Source of the DNA: Nostoc sp.
Lineage (GTDB): Bacteria; Cyanobacteriota; Cyanobacteriia; Cyanobacteriales; Nostocaceae
DNA: 64,000 bases
Assembly (NCBI GenBank): GCA_036918135.1
Contig: JBALDB010000056.1
Location: 128,001-192,000, forward strand
Direction: 5' to 3'
Below are positions 44,586 to 55,080 of this stretch, one piece after another. Position 1 is the stretch's first letter. Each line of letters begins with the position of its first letter. The notes under the pieces were generated by a model. It worked only from the letters and a program-made list of their open reading frames with translations, had not been told where the DNA came from and ran no database searches. A program made the position numbers and the translations under genes.

Positions 44586-45623
44586 ATGGCTTGGGTAGCT
44601 GGCGATCGCTTGCAAGGTGCAAAATACACCATTGAAAAAGAGTTGGGAAGAGGACGCTTTGGTATCACCTATTTAGTCAAAAATCAGAATGGCGATCGCC
44701 AAGTCATTAAAACCTTAAATGACGATTTACTAAATTCCCTAAACCAGTTGGAACGCGGACGACTGGAAACAATGTTTTGGCAAGAGGCGGTAAAACTTAC
44801 TCAATGTAAACACAAACATATTGTGCAGGTTGCAGAACCGTTCAAAGAAGAAGAACACTGGTGTTTAGTAATGGAGTATGTCGATGGTGTGAGTTTAGCT
44901 GACCGTCGCCAACAAATACTTTCTGAATCAGAGGCTTTACGCTACATTCAACAAATTGGGGAAGCACTGATTAAAGTACATGAGAATCGGTTGATTCATC
45001 GAGATGTACATCCAGGAAATATCTTTTTGCGAGTGCGAGAAGGACAGCCGGAAACGGTGCTAATTGATTTTGGTTTAGCTCTCGATTTCGACCATATTTT
45101 AACCACAAGTAGAACTAAGGAAACTTCTGAGGGATTTACACCGCCTGAGCTTTATGCTCAACATACTAAACCAACTGGAGCATATAGCGATATTTATTCT
45201 TTAGCAGCAACTCTTTATGTACTTCTGACTGGAAAAACACCAGTCAGTGCGCTCAAACGTAAGGTGGATAAAGCTCCTTTAGTAGAACCGAAAAAATATA
45301 ATCCTCAGATTAGCGATCGCACAAACCGCGCGATTTTAACAGGTATGAAGCTAAATCCTAAAGAGCGATCGCAATCGATGCGGGAATGGCTCGATTCTTT
45401 GGGTTTGACTGGAGAAAACTTGCAGCCTTCAGTAATTGAACCATCTAAAACTAAGTCAAATTGGGAGCGAAACATCCAGTTTTGGGGAGTGGTGATAGCA
45501 GCGATCGCAGCTTTAGGAGGCTTACTTGCAGGGGTGGGTGCTGTGATGGATAAATTAAAATCCCCTTCGTCTACCAGTCCAACCTCAGTATCTCCTAGTC
45601 CGTCGTCTAGCAAAACACCGTAG
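44586..45623 (+). CDS. Hanks-type Ser/Thr kinase with one C-terminal TM helix
   Basis: LGRGRFG, VIK, IHRDVHPGN, DFG, DIYSLA. Confidence 0.9.
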   Translation: MAWVAGDRLQGAKYTIEKELGRGRFGITYLVKNQNGDRQVIKTLNDDLLNSLNQLERGRLETMFWQEAVKLTQCKHKHIVQVAEPFKEEEHWCLVMEYVDGVSLADRRQQILSESEALRYIQQIGEALIKVHENRLIHRDVHPGNIFLRVREGQPETVLIDFGLALDFDHILTTSRTKETSEGFTPPELYAQHTKPTGAYSDIYSLAATLYVLLTGKTPVSALKRKVDKAPLVEPKKYNPQISDRTNRAILTGMKLNPKERSQSMREWLDSLGLTGENLQPSVIEPSKTKSNWERNIQFWGVVIAAIAALGGLLAGVGAVMDKLKSPSSTSPTSVSPSPSSSKTP

Positions 45624-45683
45624 AATTAGCTAAACTCTCATTAAGATGCTGACACTAAAGTAATTTTTTACTTAGAGGTATTC

Positions 45684-46997
45684 ATGCCCTGGATCTCAGG
45701 ACAACGATTGCAAAGTGGCAAATATGTAATTGAGCAAGTCCTGAGACAGGGAGGATTCGGGATTACTTATAAGGCTTTGCATGTTGAACTAAACCAGATA
45801 GTTGTAATTAAGACACCCAATGAATTTCTCAGCCACGATGCGGAATATGAAAAGTACATAGAGAGATTTATCCAAGAAGGGCGAATACTCGCACGTTTAT
45901 CAAAAGACCCTCATCCTCATATTGTGGGAGTGATTGATTTGTTTCAAGAAGGTGCTACCCACTGTTTAGTAATGGACTTTGTTGAGGGAGAAAATTTGTT
46001 TGAGGCAGTGAGGCGTAGGGGAGCTTTACCAGAAGCAGAGATTCTACCCTGCATCCGCCAGATTGGGGAAGCTTTGAGCGTAGTGCATCAAGCAGGTTTA
46101 GTACATAGAGATGCCCATCCTGGAAACATCATGGTGCGGAGAAATGGCAAAGCCGTTTTAATTGACTTTGGAATCGCTAAAGAACTTTTACCTAAAACTT
46201 TGAGTTCAAAAGGTATTGCGGGTAATGAAGGGTTTGCGCCCTATGAACAGATGAGCAGAGGTAGTCGTGAGCCAACAGTGGATGTTTATTGTTTGGCTGC
46301 TACACTTTATTATGCAGTAACAGGTCAACGCCCTACAACTTCTCTAGCTCGCAAGCTCGATAATGCTTCCCTAACTGCACCTAAACAAATTAGTCCAAGC
46401 ATCAGCAATGGATTAAATCAAGCAATTCTTAAGGGCATGGTGCTGGAGGCAAAAGACCGCCCTCAGTCGATGCAGGCATGGTTGGCAATGCTAGAAGCAC
46501 CAAAAGCAACGCCTCCACCATCTGTTGCTCCAGTCCATAAAAAAGAAGTTGTTCGTTCCAAAGCCAAGCTATTAGAGCCAATTCCAAGTAAACCAAGTAC
46601 TAAATCATCTAGAATTATTCCCTGGGGCTCGTTGGTTTATGTATTATTTAGCTACCAACTCGTAGGCTACTTTTTAGGCGCGTCTAACGATTCGTACATA
46701 GTTTGGGCTTGGGCTGGGGCTTGGGCTGTGGCTTGGGCTGTGGCTGGGGCTGTGGCTGTGGCTGTGGCTGGGGCTGTGGCTGTGGTTGGGGCTGTGGCTG
46801 CGTATGTGACTTGGACTGTGTGGGCTGGGGCTTGGGCTGGGGCTGCGGTTTGGGCTTGGGCTGGGGCTGGGGCTATGGCTGTGGCTGGAGATAAATTACT
46901 AAAATCTTTTAGCAAATTTTATACTTTTCTAATTTTAGCTAGCATTTCTAGTCTAGGCTTGGGTTTGGGATGGTTAGTATATAGATTTTTAATATAG
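45684..46997 (+). CDS. Hanks-type Ser/Thr kinase with multi-TM Ala-alternating C-terminus
   Basis: QGGFGITY, VIK, VHRDAHPGN, DFG, APYE, DVYCLA. Confidence 0.9.
   Translation: MPWISGQRLQSGKYVIEQVLRQGGFGITYKALHVELNQIVVIKTPNEFLSHDAEYEKYIERFIQEGRILARLSKDPHPHIVGVIDLFQEGATHCLVMDFVEGENLFEAVRRRGALPEAEILPCIRQIGEALSVVHQAGLVHRDAHPGNIMVRRNGKAVLIDFGIAKELLPKTLSSKGIAGNEGFAPYEQMSRGSREPTVDVYCLAATLYYAVTGQRPTTSLARKLDNASLTAPKQISPSISNGLNQAILKGMVLEAKDRPQSMQAWLAMLEAPKATPPPSVAPVHKKEVVRSKAKLLEPIPSKPSTKSSRIIPWGSLVYVLFSYQLVGYFLGASNDSYIVWAWAGAWAVAWAVAGAVAVAVAGAVAVVGAVAAYVTWTVWAGAWAGAAVWAWAGAGAMAVAGDKLLKSFSKFYTFLILASISSLGLGLGWLVYRFLI
46704..46886 (+). repeat. Coding hexamer repeat (TGG/GGG/GTG)GCT
   Basis: tgggcttgggctggggcttgggctgtggct... 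Confidence 0.85.
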
Positions 46998-47067
46998 GTA
47001 CATAGCTTACTCAAGCTTTAGAAGCTAACTGGCAAAAGATTTTGTAGCTGTTGTATTGAGTAGAAAA

Positions 47068-47102
47068 GCGATGTCTAACAACAAGCCGCTACGCATCTAC
47101 GC
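47068..47102 (+). repeat. 27-nt SDR-like insertion within HIP1
   Basis: GCGAT-gtctaacaacaagccgctacgcatcta-CGC. Confidence 0.75.
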
Positions 47103-47324
47103 ACCTTTAAACTCATACCAAAATATTAAATTTCCGGCTCAACACCAAGCGCTGGTTTTAAGAGCGTTGTTATGGAAGATAAGCTAAATAAATAAACTGA
47201 TATCTACATTAAAATAGTCCGCCAACGCTTCTGCTTGAGTTTTACTAATGGTGCGATCGCGAAGCGTCTGCGTTCGCGCAGCGTCTCGAAGGGAAGGAGA
47301 ATCGCCATGACATATCGTAGTTAA

Positions 47325-47957
47325 CTATGCTAATTTTTCTCTAACCCAAATACGAAAAGATTTCAACAAAGCAACCTCACCCATGCTTTGACTTTGCTGA
47401 ATAAATTTACTCATCTCATTCACTGAAATCAGAGGAAAAGCGATGCTAGATTTACACTCAACATATTGCCCTGCTTGCAGCTGATAAAATTTCAAATTTT
47501 GCCCATCATATCGCCAAAGTTCATTTATAGCTAACGCTGCGTAAATATTAAATTTATTAATTGAACTATTAGTAATATCAATCTCAATTGCTAAATCAGG
47601 TAGTGGATCTGTTTCTAAATTAAGACTTTTCTTCCCTCTAACTCTTGGTTCATTTTGTATATAGTAGCAGTTATCTGGCTCTATCCCTTTTCTTGCTAAT
47701 TTGCGCTTCAATGTTGTAGAACCAGCACTTTTAATTTCTCTTCCTATTTCTTCAGTCAAAGCAAATATCAAGCGGTCAAATTGAATTTTGGGATTTTCAT
47801 GTTCAAAAAGTGGTGTCATGATTTCTAAAGTACCGCCATCATAAGCAAACCGAGAGTCTCTATCCTCACCTGTGTCTTTTAGCAAGGCTTCAAAGGTTTC
47901 CCAGCTAATGTTATGTAGTACTGTTCTTTGTTCTGCGGGTGTTGACTGGACTAGCAT
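47325..47957 (-). CDS. Uma2 family protein
   Basis: ISWETFE, GSTT, EPDNCYY, PDLAIEIDIT, ELWRYDG. Confidence 0.9.
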   Translation of the reverse strand: MLVQSTPAEQRTVLHNISWETFEALLKDTGEDRDSRFAYDGGTLEIMTPLFEHENPKIQFDRLIFALTEEIGREIKSAGSTTLKRKLARKGIEPDNCYYIQNEPRVRGKKSLNLETDPLPDLAIEIDITNSSINKFNIYAALAINELWRYDGQNLKFYQLQAGQYVECKSSIAFPLISVNEMSKFIQQSQSMGEVALLKSFRIWVREKLA

Positions 47958-47993
47958 ATTAAAATACTTCTTTCATGACAATTTCAACGCCAA

Positions 47994-48028
47994 GCGATGT
48001 GTAACGACAAACCACTATGCCTCTAAGC
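47994..48028 (+). repeat. Degenerate 27-nt SDR-like insertion within HIP1
   Basis: GCGAT-gtgtaacgacaaaccactatgcctcta-AGC. Confidence 0.65.
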
Positions 48029-48099
48029 AATATTTCTCTAAAACTCAAGCGATCGCTATTTAAATGTTATCTTTTTTCTATTGGTTCACTGCCTAACCA

Positions 48100-48133
48100 A
48101 GAATCTCCCGATTTGAATTCGGGAGAGTGTCAA
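48100..48133 (+). mobile_element. Hairpin resembling an IS200/IS605 right end (solo remnant); may double as a terminator
   Basis: AGAATCTCCCG-atttgaatt-CGGGAGA-GTGTCAA. Confidence 0.5.
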
Positions 48134-48156
48134 AAAACCCAAATGTATTGTCTTTA

Positions 48157-48519
48157 TCAAGCAACAACCTCTTGCTTAGGCTTCCGCACTGGACGCTTGC
48201 GTTCGCTGCGACGAACGCCCCCTGCCATTTTGTACTCATCGCTATTCTTGCCATACTTTGCAGCTACGCTGACTAACACATGTTCTGTTAATTCCATCAG
48301 CGACTTTTCGGCTAATTCAAAGGCTCCCTGAGTTAGATCCACCGTGGAGAGGGTGGAGTTATGAGCTTCCAACTTCTCCTGTGTTTTTTTAATGGCGGCG
48401 GCAAAGGTGTCAATAGTGATTCCATTACCTAAATCTAAGGTGGGACTAATCGATTTCAAAGCCGCAATCCGACGCTGTGCCTTATCAAGTACTTTAGACC
48501 CACGTTTTGGACGTGACAT
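48157..48519 (-). CDS. Hypothetical 120-aa helical protein with basic termini
   Basis: AAGGAA RBS; LDLGNG and KYGKNSDEYKMAGGVRRSERKR motifs of a family recalled from cyanobacteria and Bacteroidota. Confidence 0.8.
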   Translation of the reverse strand: MSRPKRGSKVLDKAQRRIAALKSISPTLDLGNGITIDTFAAAIKKTQEKLEAHNSTLSTVDLTQGAFELAEKSLMELTEHVLVSVAAKYGKNSDEYKMAGGVRRSERKRPVRKPKQEVVA

Positions 48520-48694
48520 AAATAACTTTCCTTTTTTTATGATGCAGTAGGATAAAAACTGACTTATATCCTTGTCTTTATCCCATTACAATAAACAAAA
48601 TCGCGGTGATTAACACCCGCAATATTCAGTATTATTTAAAATATTTAGTACAAAAGTTATTATATTTGTTACGTAATTTTATTGACATTTATCT

Positions 48695-48891
48695 GAATTC
48701 AAGAAACGATCGCCCAAATTCAAGAAACGATCGCCCGAATTCAAGAAACGATCGCCCGAATTCAAGAAACGATCGCCCAAATTCAAGAAACGATCGCCCG
48801 AATTCAATAAACGACTGCCCGAATTCAAGAAACGATCGCCCGAATTCAAGAAACGATTGCCCAAATTCAATAAACGACCGCCCGAATTCAA
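48695..48891. repeat. 21-bp tandem array (G/A)AATTCAAGAAACGATCGCCC, 9 full copies + 8 nt
   Basis: Units start at 48695, 48716, 48737, 48758, 48779, 48800, 48821, 48842, 48863, 48884. Confidence 0.97.
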
Positions 48892-49192
48892 TGTCGGCTT
48901 CTCACTTGATTGCAATATCGAACTCCTATTTAATTTTTGCGAAACTCGGTGCGCCTTTATCTCGCTTCGCTGATGAAGATTCTCTGCGATCGCTTTGATT
49001 CCTGATGCTCAATCTATGTAAAAATATTTTTAAAGTATAAAAATATGCTCTATTGTAAAGATATAAGAAAGGCGATCGCTCTCTAAATATTCTCCACCCA
49101 CAGAAGATTATTTGCGTAGTTACTAGTTTTCAGTGCGTTATAAAATTTTTCATCTGCTCTCACCATCTAGCATTGTTGCATAATGGCAAGAG

Positions 49193-49381
49193 CTAAGTTT
49201 TCTTTTTCTTGTCTAGCGCTTCCTGAATAGCTTCTCTACAGAATTGTGCAGGGTCGTCTTGTGCTTTCACTTCATCTTTCATTTTTTCAGTAGCGCGAAA
49301 ACTAATAGTAGTTGATAGTGGTTCTTCTCTTTGTGATTCAAATGGTCTCAAACTTTCTGGGTTACCTTTTGGATTAGGCAT
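49193..49381 (-). CDS. Small ribbon-helix-helix-like DNA-binding protein (62 aa)
   Basis: MPNPKGNPESL...TTISFRATEKMKDEV...AQFCREAIQEAL. Confidence 0.7.
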   Translation of the reverse strand: MPNPKGNPESLRPFESQREEPLSTTISFRATEKMKDEVKAQDDPAQFCREAIQEALDKKKKT

Positions 49382-49504
49382 TATGTAGAAATGTAAATAT
49401 AAGCCTGAAACACTCGTTTGCAACTGTTTAATGTTTATTTGGTGGTTGTCTAACTTTGGCGAGTACAGCAACCACCAATATCCCAAGCAAAATGAGACAA
49501 TTCT

Positions 49505-49882
49505 ATGTTTACACGATCGGAACTTGAAATCAAAACCATTGCTGAACTACGCTTGCTATGTCAGCGTTATGGATTACGACCCACAGGGAAATCAGTGCAG
49601 AAGGTAAGCTATATCACATCGTTGATTGCATTTGGGGCGATCGCACTTAACCAGCTACAAGAAAGGAAAGGATTACGAAGATTATCTTTTGGCAGCTTTC
49701 AATCCATTGGCACGGCACTAGATGAAATGAATTCTCCTACAGTCGAACAAGCAGCGTTAATCAAGGCAAGCCTAGAAGGCAAATATTTGAGCGCACCTAG
49801 TCGCTGGGAGCAGGAGAAACTGCTTAACCTGTACAAAGCTAAACTGCTGCTAGAGCAAGTTATGGACTTGCTAGCGGACTAA
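49505..49882 (+). CDS. Hypothetical protein with SAP/Rho-N-like N-terminal helical motif
   Basis: ELEIKTIAELRLLCQRYGLRPTG...K. Confidence 0.7.
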   Translation: MFTRSELEIKTIAELRLLCQRYGLRPTGKSVQKVSYITSLIAFGAIALNQLQERKGLRRLSFGSFQSIGTALDEMNSPTVEQAALIKASLEGKYLSAPSRWEQEKLLNLYKAKLLLEQVMDLLAD

Positions 49883-49980
49883 TTTATTTCCCTAACCTCA
49901 ATAAGCCTTCTGTCAGTCCTCTTGTTGGGGACTTTTTTAGTAGCTATTGCCAAATACTTAAACTTCCGGTTCAATGCCAA

Positions 49981-50015
49981 GCGATGTCTAACGACAAGCC
50001 ACTTCGTGTCTACGC
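49981..50015 (+). repeat. 27-nt SDR-like insertion within HIP1, inside the Uma2 3' end
   Basis: GCGAT-gtctaacgacaagccacttcgtgtcta-CGC. Confidence 0.85.
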
Positions 50016-50770
50016 AATTGGGCAGTTAAGCGATCGGCTCTTTGGCGTTCTAGTTCCGCCCTTTGACTTTCTAATTCTGCTCTTTGGCTTTCTAATTCTG
50101 CTCTTTGGCTTTCCTGTTCCGCCCTTTTATCACCAGTCAACAACAAATTACCTTGTAAATCCCACCACCGCAACCAAGGCAATTCGACATTTTGATAAAC
50201 TCCTTGCCAAATACCTAATTCAACTCCCAAGCGCGTAATCGGATAATGTCCGCGCTCATTTGCTGTTAATAACTGATATTGACCACCAATTAATTCATAC
50301 ATTTCCACACTGGCTTTTTTAACTTCATAAATGCCATAAAAAGCCGGATGAATTACTTGCTCATAAATCCAAAATTTGCCTTGCCAAGGAGTTTTATCTC
50401 GTTCTTCACTACCATCACCAGAAACAAATTCTAAGGCAATTAATGGGGCAATAAATTCTCGCCACAGCACATAAGACCTGCGCGTTTGTCCATCGAGCAA
50501 AGGCGGTACATTTCCTACATAAAACCAATCTGGAGCTTCAGCACCTTTTTCGAGAGGGTCTGTCAAGCGCCAGTAAATACCTAAGTCCTGACCGATACAA
50601 TATTGACCGTCAGGATGTAATTTATTGAGAACAGGTGTAATCGAGTCAGTAAGTAAGATGCTTTGGGGATGCTCTTGCCAATTCTTCACGAAAGTGCCAT
50701 TAGACTCTGGTAGCTGCGTATGGTCGGGGAAAGGAGTCAGGTCTGTAGAGAGGTCGGTTGCAGAAGTCAT
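49988..50770 (-). CDS. Uma2 family protein, close paralog of 43709-44452; C-terminus altered by insertion
   Basis: Identical start MTSATDLSTDLTPFPDHTQLPES; RAELESQ heptads. Confidence 0.88.
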   Translation of the reverse strand: MTSATDLSTDLTPFPDHTQLPESNGTFVKNWQEHPQSILLTDSITPVLNKLHPDGQYCIGQDLGIYWRLTDPLEKGAEAPDWFYVGNVPPLLDGQTRRSYVLWREFIAPLIALEFVSGDGSEERDKTPWQGKFWIYEQVIHPAFYGIYEVKKASVEMYELIGGQYQLLTANERGHYPITRLGVELGIWQGVYQNVELPWLRWWDLQGNLLLTGDKRAEQESQRAELESQRAELESQRAELERQRADRLTAQLRRHEVACR

Positions 50771-50866
50771 AAGACTACCGAGAGCAGGAGTAAGGGTTGT
50801 TTTTCAGTGTAGCTTGACATCAGGCTAAGGCTTTGTCAACAGCTAGGCTTTTAGGTTCAACGCCGA

Positions 50867-50901
50867 GCGATGTCTGACGACAAGCCACTTCGTGTCTACG
50901 C
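50867..50901 (+). repeat. 27-nt SDR-like insertion within HIP1
   Basis: GCGAT-gtctgacgacaagccacttcgtgtcta-CGC (one mismatch to the 49981 copy). Confidence 0.85.
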
Positions 50902-50914
50902 TATTCACCTAATT

Positions 50915-52249
50915 TCAAAGTACGCGCAGTAAGCTGGGAATGCTTTCTATCGCTTCTAAATTTTCAATTTCTGCCAAAGCTTGCCGAAAGTTGCCTTCCC
51001 GCACATTATGGGTAACAACCACAATCTCTGCTAGTTCCCCTTGAAAGCCAGTTTGGACGATTGACTCCAAGCTGACGCCATAGTTACCAAAGCAAGTACC
51101 CAATTTACCGATAACTCCAGGTTGGTCGTTCGTGAGGAAACGCGCATAAAACCGAGTTATCAGTTCTGCCATTGGCGCAATTTGGCTGTATTCATCATGT
51201 CCGCAAGCTAATAAGGGATTGAGCGAACCTATTTCGGATTGATGTAATTTATTGGTGACTCTTTGCGTTTTTAAAGTAGCAGCTAAATTCAAGATATCTG
51301 AGGTTACAGCACTGGCGGTTGCACCAGCACCAGCACCAGGGCCAAAAAACATTACCTGCCCAATGGGTTCTCCTTCCACAAGTATGGCATTGTAAACACC
51401 GTTGATGCTAGCCAAAGGATGCGCTTGGGGTACTAAAGTCGGATGAACTCTCAACGACAGAGGAGATAGGGGAGATGAGCCAGATGAGGGAGTGATTCTT
51501 TTGGCGATCGCTAATAATTTGATCGTGAATCCCAATTTTTCGGCGTAGGCAATATCTGTTTTGCTGACTTGCCGAATTCCCTCAGTATAGACATCTTTGA
51601 GGTTGATACGTCCGCCAAAGCCTAATGACGCCAAAATAGCAATTTTATCAGCTGCGTCTAAGCCATCAACATCGGCTGTGGGGTCAGCTTCAGCATAACC
51701 CAAGCGCTGAGCATCAGCTAAGACATCACTGAAGTTGCTGCCTTCTGTTTGCATCCGTGTGAGGATGTAGTTTGTTGTACCGTTAACAATGCCAGTTACA
51801 GCATGAATGCGGTTAACACTTAAGGACTGCTTGAGCGGTTGAATTACCGGAATCCCACCACCCACAGCAGCTTCTAACATGACGTATACGCCGGATTGAT
51901 TGGCTGTTGTGAAAATTTCTACACCAAAGCGAGCAATTGCCGCTTTATTCGCGGTGACTACGTGCTTGCCATTACTTAAAGCTTTGAGGATTAGCGATCG
52001 CGCTGGTTCTAGTCCACCTATAACTTCGACTATTATATCTACTGCCGGATCGTTGACAATAGCTTCCAAATCTGTAGTCAATACATCCGTGGGCAATTCT
52101 ACTGCACGGGGTTTATCTAGCGATCGTACTCCTACTCGGTAGATTTCTATCTCTTGCAACAACGGGTGACGCCCAGTTTTATCTTGCAACAACTGCACTG
52201 TACCCGTCCCTACGGTTCCTAATCCCAGTATTCCCAGTTTCACACCCAC
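50915..52249 (-). CDS. hom: Homoserine dehydrogenase with C-terminal ACT domain
   Basis: GLGTVG, VVTANK, EAAVGGGIP, NGTTNYIL, GYAEADP; probable GTG start at 52249. Confidence 0.95.
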   Translation of the reverse strand: MGVKLGILGLGTVGTGTVQLLQDKTGRHPLLQEIEIYRVGVRSLDKPRAVELPTDVLTTDLEAIVNDPAVDIIVEVIGGLEPARSLILKALSNGKHVVTANKAAIARFGVEIFTTANQSGVYVMLEAAVGGGIPVIQPLKQSLSVNRIHAVTGIVNGTTNYILTRMQTEGSNFSDVLADAQRLGYAEADPTADVDGLDAADKIAILASLGFGGRINLKDVYTEGIRQVSKTDIAYAEKLGFTIKLLAIAKRITPSSGSSPLSPLSLRVHPTLVPQAHPLASINGVYNAILVEGEPIGQVMFFGPGAGAGATASAVTSDILNLAATLKTQRVTNKLHQSEIGSLNPLLACGHDEYSQIAPMAELITRFYARFLTNDQPGVIGKLGTCFGNYGVSLESIVQTGFQGELAEIVVVTHNVREGNFRQALAEIENLEAIESIPSLLRVL

Positions 52250-52399
52250 AAATTTTGTACCCAATTTCACCAACAACAATTGTAGGTAGAGCATATTAAT
52301 GCCCTACCTACTGATTATCCTTCTTCATTTGTCATTTGTTTTTAGTCATTCGTCGTTTGTCTAAAACTAATGACCAATGACTAATGAGTAATGACTAAC

Positions 52400-53746
<1,347 letters not shown>

Positions 53747-55080
53747 TTAACCGTTTTTCAAAAAAACTATTCCCCTACCTTACCAGCTTTAGTTTACCGG
53801 ATTTTCGTTTCACAAAACTGGCTTTTTGGAAAAACAGCATCATTAATTGATGCCTTGCTAAGTACACTCACCGAAGACATGCAGGCATAGTAAAAAACAC
53901 ACCTGTTCACCTTCTAAGGTAAAGGATAAGTCTTTTGGAGAATGTTAATAATGAATCAATTTAATCTTTTCTTCCTTAACTACCACCGATACTTTATTTG
54001 CTAACTTTTATCTACAAATACATCATGCTGCATAATACAGCATAAGCCGTATCAATCGATGCACTTAAAAGCATGTTCTGCTCGGTTTTACTTGACGAAA
54101 TCTAGTACTGCCTCGAAATATTCTTAGCTATATTTATTGCTCGAACATATTTTACTACATGGTTAGTACAATTTCAGTTACAAATATAACGATACAGAGA
54201 ACTGCGATTTAAGTAACTATAATCAGTTTCACTTGATGTGAAAAATCTGTCAACCTCCATCAGTGGCTTGCGATCAAAGTTTGTAATTTTACTTCCAAGT
54301 CTCAACCTGAATGGAATTGTTGCTAATTCCACTATTTTCTGAACAAAAGTATCTACTTACTGCATCCTTGGTAATTCCCTCACTATTACTACTAAATTTA
54401 CTTACTCTTTTGGCTATGCTTGAGTCTTGCAGATATTTAATACAAAAAGCTTGTATCGGCAAGATTTTCTCCCTATTGGTAAAGGGCGATCGCCTTTGAG
54501 ATATCTGGTTAAATTTTACTATCTTGGCGAATGGAATCGTTGAATGTTTACAACACCTACACTCCTATTTGACCATATCCATAAATTTACACGCAATAAT
54601 TTTACTCATGCAAGTTAGGAAGTCATTCGTTGGATAGATTTTGATCTGCAATTAGCAGAATCTCAAAAATTTTGCCAATGAAATATATTATACTATTACA
54701 AATCATTACATTGAGTCAGAAGTCGCAGACTGATAGCAGTACAACACTTACGAGTGCTGGCGAACTCTCTTTGAAAATTAATAACTGAATCATCAAAATT
54801 ATTGGTGAACCACACTAATTCTTCTAAAGGGTAAATCTTGTATGAGATACCCCATTCTGTTAAAATCAAATATACCACTAGGATTAAATACTTACCGGCA
54901 CTAAGATTCAGGCCAGTCCAACGATTAGCAACTTATTAGTTTTGATGTTGTCTACCTGTTGATGTCTTATAGCTGTGCTGGGTAGCAAGAACGCAGGACA
55001 AACCAAAGGGGTAAACTCCTGGCTTCAAAATCTGCTGTGTGAAAAATTATTGACACAACTTTAGTATTTAGAGGAGATTT

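Noticed and set aside
44453..44668. Overlapping long N-termini given for Uma2 (to 44668) and the kinase (from 44478)
   Set aside because: Paralog comparison supports starts at 44452 and 44586, leaving a divergent intergenic gap
46704..46886. Kinase tail as a diversity-generating retroelement target
   Set aside because: No reverse transcriptase or template repeat, and variation is not adenine-specific
48695..48891. 21-bp array as a CRISPR array
   Set aside because: Units are contiguous with no unique spacers, and there are no cas genes in the window
48606..48998. 130-aa (+) and 78-aa (-) ORFs across the array
   Set aside because: Open mainly because the 21-bp unit lacks stops; weak starts and promoter-like AT-rich 5' part; not called as CDS
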